A stretch of 64,000 bases of DNA from Vitrella brassicaformis CCMP3155 (Eukaryota > Protista > Chromerida): positions 186,001-250,000 of the forward strand of contig CDMY01000840.1 of assembly GCA_001179505.1 (NCBI GenBank), written 5' to 3'. This document shows, one piece after another, positions 37,801-49,686 of this stretch. Below the pieces are notes generated by a model. The model worked only from the letters and a program-made list of their open reading frames with translations, did no database searches and had not been told where the DNA came from. Position numbers and translations under genes: made by a program. How positions within the stretch are numbered: the stretch's first letter is position 1; every line of letters begins with the position of its first letter.

Positions 37801-37944
37801 TATTAAACGCGGGCGAGAAAACTCAGACTGAGTGGCAGGTAAGGCAAAGGCAGGGAAGCTAGACAGAGAGAGGGATAGGGGCATTGGAGGGTACAGACAG
37901 CCCTCCGTACGCTACTTCAGCACACACACACAGACACGCGCGCA

Positions 37945-37975
<31 letters not shown>

Positions 37976-38313
37976 CGGGGCTGGTGCGATGAATGAATGA
38001 AATGGCGTGCGATGAAATCGATGGGGTGTGTGTGTGTGAGAGCGAGTGTGTGGATCCGTGTCTGCATTCATGGCGGTATATACATACAAATATACGCAGA
38101 AAGCAATAGCCCGGCCCCCCACATGCATGGCATGCTGGATAGATATAGATAGTGTGCGAAGGTCATCACAACTCGGTATAGATAGCCTAGCACCCCTGCT
38201 CCCCATCCCTACCCCCTAGTCGTCATAGGATGTCGGCTGATGCCTCAGCAGCTCCTCTGCGCACAGACGAACCACACACAAGCATTGACTCCATCCTCCA
38301 ACCCTCCCTCTCT

Positions 38314-40200
38314 TTATGACATACCGTGTGACGTCTGTGAGGCAAACAACATGAAGTTGATCGGCGGTGCCGCATAGGTCACAGACGAGCATGCACTCAG
38401 GCTGGCCGAGTGCTGCCGCCGCACTTCACCTACCCCCTCGTCCGTGCTGTCGGTGTGGGTCGGACTCCCGCCCGCGCAGCACATGCCGCCGCTGCCCCCG
38501 CCCTGCTGGTACTGGTCACCCTTGCTCATCTGCTGCACGTGTGACACGGTGAGGGGGGGCGAGGGGCATGTGTGTGTGGCGTAGGGGAGGAGGGGGAGCG
38601 GGTAGAGCGATTGGGGAGGGCTGGGGGGCGCCGCGCCCATCATGTAAAACGGCACATACGGCTGCAGAAACGAGGCAGAAACACGAGCAGGACATCTGAT
38701 GGATGAATGGATGGATGGATGGATGGACGTCTCACACACCTGTGTGACAGGGAACGGCGGCAGTGGCGGCACCTGTGTCTGATGCTGCTGATGATGATAC
38801 TGCTGCTCCCCGTCGTACCCATAGCCGCCATCACAGCCGCCGCCGCTCGCACTGTTGTTGTGTATGTGCGGCGACACCATGCCCGTGAGGGTGAACTCGC
38901 ACCTCTCCCCCTCCAGCCCGTCGATGCTCTCATCCACAGACGGCACCCGCGTGCTGTGCGAACACGGCGACACGTCGGTGCTGCTGCTGGTGCTGCTGCT
39001 GGTGCTCATCATCTGCCCGCCGCCGCCAGTGGCTGTAGGTGCAGGTGACGGTGGGGGTGCGAGGGGCATGAGGTCGGTCTGCTGCGATGGAGAGGGGGAG
39101 GAGGGGGGTATGGGGCTGGGCTGTGGTGAGCCGTCGTGCTCGTCGCTCGTGGATTCCTCGGAGGATGATTTCTTGAGCAGCGGGCGGCGACGCAGCTCCT
39201 CGGCACCGTGAGCAAACCGGCACTTGTCGCCCATGGGGCAATCGCCTGCGAGGGAAGGACACGACAGGACACCACAGCCGACACAATGCAGCAATTGTTG
39301 CAGCGATTCTGTGTCTGTGTCTGTGTCTGTGTCTGTGTGTTTCTCACCTCTTTTCCACCTGGGGCAGATGGACGTCTTGAAGAATTCGACGGTCTGAAGG
39401 GTTACAGACCAAGTAAATAACGGTGCCTGGGGTGCGTGTGGGTCTCCATCCTCGCTCGCTGGTTCAGGCGTAAGTACGTACCGATCTGAGATCCGATTCG
39501 GTGTGTGCATAGCGACAGGTATCTCCGTTGGGGCAGCTGCCCGTCGTCACGAACGTCTCGCATAACCTGAAGGAATGCACACACAGACGCAGACACAGAC
39601 ACAGACACAGACACAGACACAGACACAGATTGAGTGATCGATTCCTCGATTGGGCCGCCGGCCCGTGTTGGCCACGGTAGCTACCGTGTGCGTGCTAGGT
39701 CCGGCAGCGCCCTCAGGTCGCTTTCGTCGTGTGCGAACGTGCAGTTGGTCGCCTTCTTGCAACGACCGGCAAGGTGCAGCTGACACATCTTGGTGCGATA
39801 AAACCTCTAAATGAGGAAACAAACACCCACACACAAGAGAGAGAGATACCAGAGATGAGCGCGAGATGAGTGAGCGATCCCTCTCTCTCTTTCGTGCGCC
39901 TGGCTTGTTTGCTTCTCTTTGTGCGGATGTATTCACCTGCTGCAAGGAGGCAGGCACCTGCAAAAGACAACACACATACAAGCACACAGACACACCAAGG
40001 CAAAGCAAAACAGCGATTGAGTCGGTTGTTTCATCCATCGGTCGGTCTTTGGCGCATCACTGCAGCCAACCACCGGTTGTGCTCCCCCTGATGTGTAATT
40101 GTTGTGCGGGCTCACCCACCTTGCATCGCTTCGGATCATTCTCTGCGTCTACGCTCCCGCCACTCGCTGACGGCGGATCTACCGGCATCACGGCCGCCAT
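38314..40200 (-). CDS. Triple CCCH zinc-finger RNA-binding protein (TIS11/ZFP36-like fingers)
   Basis: FYRTKMCQLHLAGRCKKATNCTFAH, LCETFVTTGSCPNGDTCRYAH and [25 protein letters not shown] (all C-x8-C-x5-C-x3-H); Pro/Ser/Gln-rich tail. Includes a 21-nt micro-exon (VPASLQQ, ~39938-39958). Confidence 0.85.
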
Positions 40201-40490
40201 CTCGCCTACAGCTCTGATCTCTTTGGTCCTTGTATCGCTTCGGAAGGCTCCTCGGTAAGTCGTTCGATCATGCTCGAAGTTGACCAACTTTGCCTCAGCT
40301 TCGAATGTGGTAAACGGACCAGTAGCAGGGTTTCGGGTTTCAGGGTTTGTAAATGGGATAGGGCAGGGACAGGACAGGAACTGTGGAGCGACACGTCATT
40401 CCAGTGAGTCATCCAATCTGTCTCGTGACCAAGCTCTTCTCCGTTGATTTGATCTCTTTGCCGCAAGTGATTGTTTTCAGCGCGTCAGCA

Positions 40491-41424
40491 ATGCGTTCGC
40501 TCACTTCCCTCGTCATGCTGCTGATGCTCGCCTGTGCGGCGAGCGGCTTCCTGCTCGTCCCGCCCCACCTCCGGGCCATGGACGTGATGGCTCACCGCGC
40601 ACAGCCCGACACGCGCATGTCCCTCTTCCGGCGACGCCTGGGAGGCATGATGGACCCCTTCGAAGAGCTTTACGTGAGCATATGAGCGGTGACACGACAG
40701 ACGTCTGGTGTGTGTCTACATGCTTCTCTGCTGTGTGCGTGTGCGTGTGTCTGTGTGTCTCTGTGTGTGTCAGCGGCTGACCGACGAGATGAACAGGCTC
40801 CTGCCTCGTGTGAGCGGGTCCTTCGAGATGTCCACCTCGATGGGAGGCTTCTCGCCACGCCTCGACGTCAAGGAGGAACCTGACGCATTCGTCATCACGG
40901 TAAGTAAGACAGGCACGCACACCCCTCCCCTCCCCTCCGCACACAACTCACTCGCTCACGAGTATTTATCCATCTCCACACATGCCTGCCTCTTCATGTC
41001 GTGTGTCTGTGTCAGTGCGAGCTGGCGGGCATCCCGAAGGAGAACATCAACGTGTCGGTGCGCGATAACATCATGACCATCAGCGGTGAGAAGAAGGAGG
41101 AGCGCACCGAGGGCACCCCGCCCGGCGAGGCGCCCAAGGAGGGCGAGGAGGCCAAGGAGGGCGAGGAGGCCAAGACGGGCGGCTACTTCATGCAGGAGAG
41201 GACTTACGGCAGGTTCCAGAGACGATTCACCCTGCCTGAGTAAGTGACCCGCAGCCCACAGCACACACACGCGGTATGGGCATGCACTCACGCCCTGGTT
41301 GTGCAGGGATGTGGACGAGAGCAAGATCGCTGCCAAGATGGCTGACGGGGTCCTGACCATCACCGCTCCCAAGATGGTCAAGACGCCCGAGGAGACCGGC
41401 AGGTCCATCAGCATCGAAGAATGA
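40491..41424 (+). CDS. HSP20: Small heat-shock protein (HSP20/alpha-crystallin), probably plastid-targeted
   Basis: PRLDVKEEPD, ELAGIPKENINVSV, TISGEKK, ERTYGRFQRRFTLPE, AKMADGVLTITAPK, C-terminal ISI (IXI motif). Leader LVMLLMLACAASG-F. Confidence 0.92.
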
Positions 41425-41556
41425 ACTAGCCGAGAGTAGCGAGGGTGTGAGAGGGGGAGGCATCGGGGGGGAGGTGATGATGCTTAGGTAGCTGCCTTTT
41501 GTAGGTGCGTCGTCGGCGTGTATGAGAGTGTGCGATTGCCCGTTCCATCAGCTCGA

Positions 41557-41598
41557 CGGGAGAACGTTCCGTGCCTAACAGCGTGGAACGTTCTCTTG
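41557..41598 (+). repeat. 18-bp stem hairpin containing two nGAAnnTTCn units downstream of HSP20
   Basis: CGG-GAGAACGTTCCGTGC-CTAACA-GCGTGGAACGTTCTC-TTG. Confidence 0.8.
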
Positions 41599-42507
41599 GT
41601 GAGCTGGTGTACCGGCCAAGCACACACTCATACACGAGGCCAGACAGACAGAGAAAAACTCGGCTTTTTCACTGGTGGCTGATTGATGGGGGCGGCCCCG
41701 TTTGTGTGCTGTGCGTGGTATGGTATGTATACCTATTTCTGTATGTACATCAGCCCTCTCTTGTCCATCTATCTCTATCGACGCCCTCACTACTGACTGC
41801 TTGTCACCGAGCGCAGTTTTCCCCTGGTTTGCATCCGTGCGTGTCGTCTGTGAGAGAGAGTGTGTGTGTTCGTGCCGAGGGGCTGCCCCATTTTCCCGAC
41901 TGCGGCCGTGAGGGCGCGCGCCTTTTTTCCGTCTGTATCCCTTCATGTGTAAGTTTTTGGTGTCGGTTGTGTGGTCTGTGTGGTCGGGAGGGAACGACGC
42001 GGCTGAGGGCGTACATACCTCTTTTTCATCGTGGCGCGGAGAGAGGATGAATAGCGAAGCTATGAGGGGGTGTGTGTGTTGTCTGTTGCCATGCGCTGTG
42101 GGCATCTGTCCCGTCTTGCTGCGAGCCGGAGCTGTCACCCGAGTGGCACAGGGCCTTTGAGTCGACTGTGACGTGTTCGGGTGGGAGTGCTGTGTGCGAG
42201 CAAGACGGGAGGGACAAAACAGGCGTAGAGGGCAGACAGGCAGGAAGCAGTTAGCGAGCCTATCGAGGAACCGAAGATGAGAGTGGGGGAGCGATGGGTG
42301 GACCCTTCATCTGGTAGCTTGGCTGCTGTGTCTGTCATGCATTAGAGATTTATTTGTGGTCGTCAACTCGCGAGTGTGGACTGGGTCGGCTGGGGGACTG
42401 AGCATGAAGTCAAAGATGGTGCATGCGATGGAGTCACTGTACCCACACACGTCCACGCACACACCTAATGCTGCCTACATCACCAGATCGTCTTCAATGA
42501 GAGCCCG

Positions 42508-43631
42508 TCAGTCTACAAGGGCCCTTGTCGAGTCACTATGCCCGTCATTGCCGCCTCCCTCCTGTCCACCCTCGCCCATACCCTCGGTCACACCCTCCCG
42601 CGACCCCCTTGGCCGCCTGCGACGGGCAGACTCTCCCTGCGCACATAACACGACCACACAAGGACATTGACATGAGAGCGGTGGGTGCATCCTACCTCGT
42701 CTGCCGTGGTGGCTGTGGTGGTTGGGGTGAATTCGGGGTTGGTCCAGTCGAGCTCGGGGCACTCGAAGTGGTTGTCGAAGTCTACGATGTCCACATACCT
42801 GCAGACGACCATCGACACGCAACACATACATACGATGGGTCGGGCAGGCATTCAGACGGATGGTTGTGCGTTTGTATTGTACCTCTCGCTGGAAATGTAT
42901 TCTCCGGCCGAGTCGATGACGTCTTCACCGATGTGCACGCGGCTGGCAGACACCGATGACCAATCGCCACGGCTGCCCGCGTAGCACTGCAGCCAGAGAG
43001 GCAAGCCAACAGACACACAGGCGCGGATGGCATTCTGAGAAGATGTCTGTCTGTCTGTCTGCAAGTCCGTCTTACTTTGAGAGCGGGCTGTCCCTCCGGC
43101 ACCTTCTCTGCATCAAGCTGCAGCCACCCCAGCATACACACAGCACCATACCATACAGGTGCCTGCCTGGCTGCATTCTTTCATCAGTCACTCACTGACC
43201 ATAAACACGGCTGCGAAATTGCAGTTGGCCGTGAGCCTGTCGGCGATGGCCTTGCTCACGACGTTCATGGTCGTGGTGGCGTCGGCATTCGCCTGGTAGT
43301 ACCCACACAGCGTCACGCCCTCCTGCTTGCAGTACTGCTCTATCTGCCACACACACACACACACACACACAGAGGATTCCCGACATACATCCTGTGTCGC
43401 CTGTGCGCTTGTTTGGTGCTTGCTCCTGACCAGTGAGAAGGCCACTTTGAGCAATGGCGGTAGGATGGAGGTGTGAAAGAGGGGAAATGCATCGGTGTAG
43501 GTGACCTCCCCGCCCTTGCCTTCGCTCCTGCCCACGAGCACCCCGCCCACAGTGCTGCACGAGTACTTGCTGGCGTGGGAGAGGATCTTGCTGTACGCTG
43601 CACTGCTGAACCGATAGCTTCGCTCAGGCAT
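42508..43631 (-). CDS. EMC8: ER membrane protein complex subunit 8/9 (UPF0172, MPN-like)
   Basis: AYSKILSHASKYS..TVGGVLVG, DAFPLFH, GYYQAN, IVDFDNH..C...DWTN. Confidence 0.85.
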
Positions 43632-43773
43632 TGATGCAGATGATGTGCAGATGTCCAAGAAGCAGAGATCTCGGGACAGAGATCTCGGAACTTCTGTCTG
43701 TCAGACGGTCCTATGCTGCTCAGGAGGTGGAGTGGAGTCGTCCAACAGCACCTCAAATGCCCTTTTTGTCGAG

Positions 43774-43794
43774 GCGAGCTAAGCTTGCAGATCT
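43774..43794 (+). promoter_or_regulatory. GCGAGCTNAG + AGATCT in the EMC8/NmrA spacer
   Basis: GCGAGCTAAG 43774-43783, AGATCT 43789-43794. Confidence 0.4.
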
Positions 43795-43821
43795 TTGCCT
43801 TCCTTCCCCGACGAACAAGGC

Positions 43822-45755
43822 ATGGTAATCGGAGCAGCCGTGCCCCTGGAGCCAGGCAGGACGCGGAGGATCTTTGTCTGTGGCGGAACAGGTCAAAAAG
43901 AAAGAGGCGCCGTTGATCTCACTGCGTCACTTCCTTCTGCTGTTATTTTGCAGGCAGCCAGGGCGGTGGTGCCATCTCGCTGCTGCTCAGACACAAGAAC
44001 ACCGTCGTGCGGACGCTCACACGCAACGCAAAGGTTGGCGGCGCGCACACACACACAGAGGGAGAGAGGGAGGTGCAATTGCACATTTGCAAAGCCCTGT
44101 TGTTGTATATGTGTGTGTGTGCAGAGCAATGCTGCCCTGCAGTTGATGAGCAGAGGGGTGGAGGTGATCGAAGGCGACCTCAAGGATGGTGAGATCCGGC
44201 GAGCCTCTCGGTGTGTTAGTGAGTCGTGTGTGTGCGTGTGTGCGCAGAGAAGCCGGTGTGCGAGGCTTTGAGTGGGTGCGAGGGGTGCTTTGCCTCCACA
44301 TACTCTGACCATGACGGCACCGAGGGCCAGTGCGGCCGCAACCTCTGTGCTGCCATCATCAAAAACCAGGTCAGGCAATGACAAACAGCCACCAGAAGGC
44401 GCACACAGCTAACGATGTCGCCATGATTCATTCGTTCGTGCAGGTGTCGCTTGTGGTGTTCTCGGGTGGCGAGCGGATAAACGTCGAGGGCATGGACAAC
44501 AAGGTGTGCCACCCATCCATCCATCCACAGTGATGCCCTCTCCTCTCGCCGTCTGTCTGTGTCATTGTGGGTGGGTGGGTGGGTGGGTGTCACTGCCAGG
44601 CTGAAATAGAGGACCTGTGGAAGCGGATGATAGCCGAGGCGCGCAAGGAGAAGGGCAAGGGGTGGGTGCAGCCGCGGATCGTCTTCCTCCACTCGGCATT
44701 CTTCATGGAGAACGTCGTCGCGAAACGGGGAACCAAAAGGGTCAAAGTCGACCAGTAAGCTTGCTTACACAGGAGGCCGGACAGGACACCGACAAGACAA
44801 GTGGCTGGAAGGTCATTCGTCCTTCCCTTCTTGCTGCTGCTGCTGCTGTGTGTGTGTGTGTGTGTAGCGACCGTCGTCACTATGAGTTCAGTGTGCCGCT
44901 AAAGCAGCACATGAGGGTCCCCATGATCGGCGGAGACGACATCGGCAAAGTGGCCGCAGGTATTTATGGCTCACAGACACAGACACCCAGCCGGCCCAGC
45001 CACCTTTCTTCCCTCCTGCTCTTCCTCGTGCGTCAGCGATCCTTGCGGACCCGGAGAGGAGTCTCCATGACACCGACAAAATCCCTTTCCCAAGTGTACG
45101 TGACCTCCCCTGACACCACACCACACTATGGTGGCAGGCTGCATCTCCCTCTTTATCTCTCCCGTGTGTGGGAAATGTCGATCGATCAGATGTGGGAGAT
45201 CAAGATCGCAGGCGACGCAGTGACCCCCCAGCAGTTCGTCGACACCTTCCTCAGACTCAAAAACAGAAACAGATCCGAGCAAGACAAAGTGAGCGGCGAC
45301 CCACCCATCCATCCATCCATCCATCCACACGCTCACTCTTGACACTCCTCTCTCTGTTGCGTTGCAGGTGACAGGCGAGTACAGGGAGTTTTCGCTGCAG
45401 TTTTTCCGCAGTCTGCCGATCCCCGGTGCGCGTCTGATCGTTGGCATGTACGAGTGGTACCACCGAGGTTGCCCCGGCCACGAACGGGACCCCGAGAGGT
45501 GCCGGCAACGATTCCCAATGCTCCGCTCTCTCGAGCAGTGGATGATTGGTACGCAGGCAGGCAGGCAGACTGACAGACACGCACAGGGCGGGCGGTCATG
45601 ATGTGTTGTGTGGTGCAGATGAGGGTTTGGCGCTGATTGAGGCGAATGCGTATGAGGACACGGTGTGGCACCGGCTGGAGCAGGCTGCTCAGAGCCTGCT
45701 CATCCAGCTGTATGGCCTCTGGATGTCTGTCAACTGTTTTGGCGGCGGAAAGTGA
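43822..45755 (+). CDS. NmrA-like NAD(P)-binding (atypical SDR) protein
   Basis: IFVCGGTGSQGG, RTLTRN, GVEVIEGDLKD, MDNKAEIE, SAFFMEN, DIGKVAAAIL, IAGDAVTPQQ. Confidence 0.8.
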
Positions 45756-46656
45756 AATGATGGGCTAGATAGATAGATGGGGGCAAATCGGTTGTTTGTG
45801 TGTAATGATGTACTAGGTACTTTCTTTCTGTAGTTTTTGCGTCCGTCGGTGTCGTTCCTCTTTATGAGCGAGGCTGTAATTTTGGTTGGCTGGTTGGTTG
45901 GGCGGGTGGGTGTCCAGAAATCATTTTGTGTGTGCAGCAGCTGACGTAATTCGGCACAGCCAAACAGACATCCGTATGTGTGTGTGTGTGTGTTGGTACT
46001 TGACCGTGAATCAAAGCATGTAATTAGAATGAAGGTGTCCTGTCAGACACGGGGAGCCGTGGGCAAATACCAGAGGGATTCGTTCAATCACATACGGTCA
46101 TCATGGGTTCAATTCCTCCAGTGGACCCATGCTGCAAGTTTCGGGGGGAAGTCTAGACTAGCTACCCTAAGGATCTCACTGGACTGTCTGCAAAACGGAT
46201 CTCACTGGGCGCGCCGCGAGGACCAGCCGAGGAGCGGCACTAGGATGCGTAGGGTAGCTGCCGTGAAACCGTGCAAAGGCTGAGGACACAGAGGCGTGCG
46301 ATCGGTCGATCGGAGTGTGATCGTGCGTGGCCAGTGTACATGAATCGGACTCGCAAAAGACTCGGGAGGAGGGGGGCAAGGTGCGCGTTAAGGCAACCAC
46401 CACCACCACCACATACACTGCGAGCTCGGCTGTATGGATCGCTCCAAGAGACAGCCATGAAATTTGGATCTTGGATCGATGGGAAGAAAGGTGAGCAGGA
46501 GTGCGTGACTCATTGAGCTGCATCCGCCGCGAGAAAGCCCTGCTTATCTCGCAGATGTGAGTAGAAGACGATTTGGGGGACTCATTTGCTGATCTGTCAC
46601 TCCGTGCCGCATGTCCGTGCGCGTCAGCAGCAGCAGCAGCAGCAGCAGTTCCCCCG

Positions 46657-47206
46657 ATGAGCGACAGGCCTGTAGGGCACCTCTACGGCCGTGACGTGTA
46701 TGCGTTTGGCGATGGCGGCTACGCGTTCGAGGCCAAAGGGGATCTGCGCCCTCTGCGCAAAGAGGACTGCAAGGCCGTCAGCCTATTCGCCAATTATTCG
46801 CCGACGTCCAAAGGTACAGTCTGCCTGCCTGCCTGACTGTCTGTGAGTTCTCTCTGTGTGTGTGGCTTGTGTGGTCAGTGAGGATACCGACGGCTTCATC
46901 CAGCTGCCATCCGGTGTCCGCTACCGCATCGTTCAGCGCGGTGATGGCCAAGCGCCTACACTCAACCAGACCGTCCGCATAGACAACCTCGTGTGGCAGG
47001 GCGACGGCGAGGGCTTCAACGACCGCTCGCGGCCGCGCTATCGCGAGGTGGATGAGCGCATTGACGACAGCATGCCTGAGTGGCGTCGGGAGGCGCTGCT
47101 GAGCATGAAGGTGGGGGAGGTCCGGCGGCTGATTGTGCCGGCCACGGTGGAGGACGGCCGCCGCCGACATGAGCTGCGGCTGTGGGCTATTGTCAACGAG
47201 CGTTGA
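46657..47206 (+). CDS. Divergent FKBP-type PPIase-like protein
   Basis: Two exons: MSDRPVGHLYGRDVY..., LPSGVRYRIVQRGDGQAP and EW..EALLSMKVGEVRRLIVP (FKBP core). Confidence 0.7.
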
Positions 47207-48418
47207 TGCCCAGGCGGCTTTTCTTCATTGTTTTTTCTTTTTCTTTTTTGTCGTCGGCTGGGGGCAGCGCTGCCCTCTTGTCTGTGGATGTATGCTTGAT
47301 GGTCTCTACCTAGCGAGGAAGGGGTGGATGCACAACCGATATGTGAGAAAAAAGAAAGGAGAGCGTGATGTGGATGGCTGTCTGCGTCAGAGTAGTGTAT
47401 CTTTGTGGGGTTCTCTCTCCGTGTGCGGGCCGCCTCTGCTGTCCTCGAGCACATCACTCACTCACACATACAAGGAGCTGTGAGCTCTCGGGCAGCAGAT
47501 TCGACAGCGCATGGAGGGAAAGACTGCGCAGGATAGATAGCTGTGGCTGCTGTTCAATTAGCAAGACAGGCAGTTTTCCGTGGTTTCTCGTGTGTGAGTG
47601 TTTCTTGCCTGCGTAGTACGTCGCTGGCCTTTCGGACAAAGGACATAGTGCATGTGTGTGATGTCACGTTGGGCTGTCAAGCAGACGGTTTCGAATTGAG
47701 ATGAAATATACCGGTGTGTTGTCACGTCACATCTGCAGCATGGATGTCATGGTCAGGCAGAGGAGGTCTTCCATCATCACTGACCCCTTCTGCTCTGTGT
47801 TCCCCTCCCACATTCCCTCCCACATTCCCCCCCTCCCTCCCTCCCTCCCTATCACATCACACATCGATGCACCTTCCCCACTTCACTCACTCCTTTCCGG
47901 CTTCCTGTCGCATCTTCTGTTCTGGAGAAGAAGTAGTCATGGGTGTATGTATGGTGCGCATAGATTACACATCAACAAGGATCCAATCAGGGCAGCTAGT
48001 GCAGACCAGCGGCCGCTGGGCCTGCATGTCTGTCTGTCTGTCTGAGTTAAAAAGAAAAGTCAGACAGACAGACAGACATGCAGGCGCCAGCAACGTCAGC
48101 TGGCTGTGTACAGCAGGGACATGTTCCCAAATCGGGAAGATGGGGTGGTGTTCAAAACGGAATAAAAAGATACCACGCTCCCAATCGGGAAGCATCACCA
48201 CAGCTACAGTAGCAAGAGACATCCACCCATCTAGACGTGTACACAACTCACACCTGCGCTGCGCCCCACCACAGGAGTGTGTGCGTTGTGTTATTGGCTA
48301 GGCTACACGAGAGAGACTGTGGGGTTTAAACGAGACAGGCACCACAGTTCATTCCCAGCTGGCAGGGAAGCAAACAAACAAACAAACAAACAGGCATCGG
48401 TTGGACAGACACACACGT

Positions 48419-49686
48419 CTACGGACACGCATCCATCTCCAGAACAACACCCCCCAGCAGCACTCTCGGCACCGGTTTCACCATCCCCTTGCCCGCGATC
48501 ACCGACTCCACCTTCATGGAGCGGCCCGCCATAGTCTCTGCACTGGGGCTGAGCACCGGTGTTGCAGTATCCCCGACAGGTGACAGCTTGTCACCACTGG
48601 CAGCAGCAGCAGCAGAGATGTACAGGCCGCGGGAAAAACGACAAGGACGAGTTGGACATGAGCGACTGCCGGCGGCTGATCTCGGAGGGCAAGCGTGTGG
48701 TGGCCAGGGAATGGTGCAACGCGTACCTGCGCACACAGACAGAGACACTCCTGTGGATGGGAGTGTGTGAGGGGGGGACTGTCTGCCTACTGTGCAAGGA
48801 CGCTGTGAAGGCAGGAGAGCTCGTTGACAGAGAACCAAGGGTGCTGCTGCCCAGCCACCGGACTCTCCGTCGCCACAGAGCGGCCCTTGTTGATGAGCGG
48901 CGCCCGGAACGACAGCAGGATCTTATCGACGTCCGCGTGTTCGGCGTCGTCATTCCCCGCACCCATGCCGTCTTCCTGCTCGTCTCCAACGTTGTACGCC
49001 AGCTTGGCACATGCCTTCGGAGATTCTCGCAGGTCCGAGAGAGCGTCACACAGGACGGCACATAAGCGCTCGAAGTCGCCCACTGACCAACACAGAACAG
49101 ACGGGGGATGTTCGTGTTCGTGTGGCGTGACGTGGCTGAATGCTTCTCCGCTGACATGATATGCGCGCGTCGATGTTGGCACGACTCAGCTTGTCAACCT
49201 CGTGGAAGCTGTCCATCGGGCGTCTCACGGCGAACACGAGCAGCTTCGCGAGGAAGGTCTCGAGCTTGCAGGAGGCGTCCTTCAAGGCCTCGTGCACACC
49301 CGGCAGCTCCGTCTCAACCTCTCTGGCCACCCGCTTGAGCACGGCCGCGTACGTGTGGGGGTTGAGGAACAAATCGTGAAGGTTCTCCTGTACACACGGA
49401 CACAGAAGAAACACAGGGATGGGATGGACGGACCGCCCAAGGGGGGAGCCTCAGGGAAGTGCAGTCCTTTTCTTCCACACACCTTGAGGCACAGGTAGTG
49501 TCTCAGCTCAGGGGCGTGTTCGTCCCCCTCTTCGCCGGCCTGTGTGGGGCTCTCAGGTTTGGTCTTCGCCAGAGGGGGACCTGGTGAGTCCAGCAGCTTC
49601 CGTGAGCGCAGAGGCGAGGACGGAGAGCGTGAGAGAGGGGCGCAGAAGTGCAAGGGCATCTTCTCGATGTGAGGAGGAAGGCACAT
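48419..49686 (-). CDS. Hypothetical protein (helical core)
   Basis: Coding-like exons (ENLHDLFLNPHTYAAVLKRVAREVETELPG..., GDFERLCAVLCDALSDL...) with GT/AG borders. The 3' end is uncertain. Confidence 0.45.

Noticed and set aside
41136-41171. 18-bp duplication (KEGEEA x2) in HSP20
   Set aside because: Lies in the variable beta5-beta7 loop; common low-complexity expansion.
46103-46133. GGGTTCAATTCC...CCA resembling a tRNA T-arm/B-box, within a CATGGGTTC/GGACCCATG stem
   Set aside because: The T-stem has only 3 pairs, and there is no A-box, no matching acceptor stem and no anticodon arm upstream; not a tRNA.
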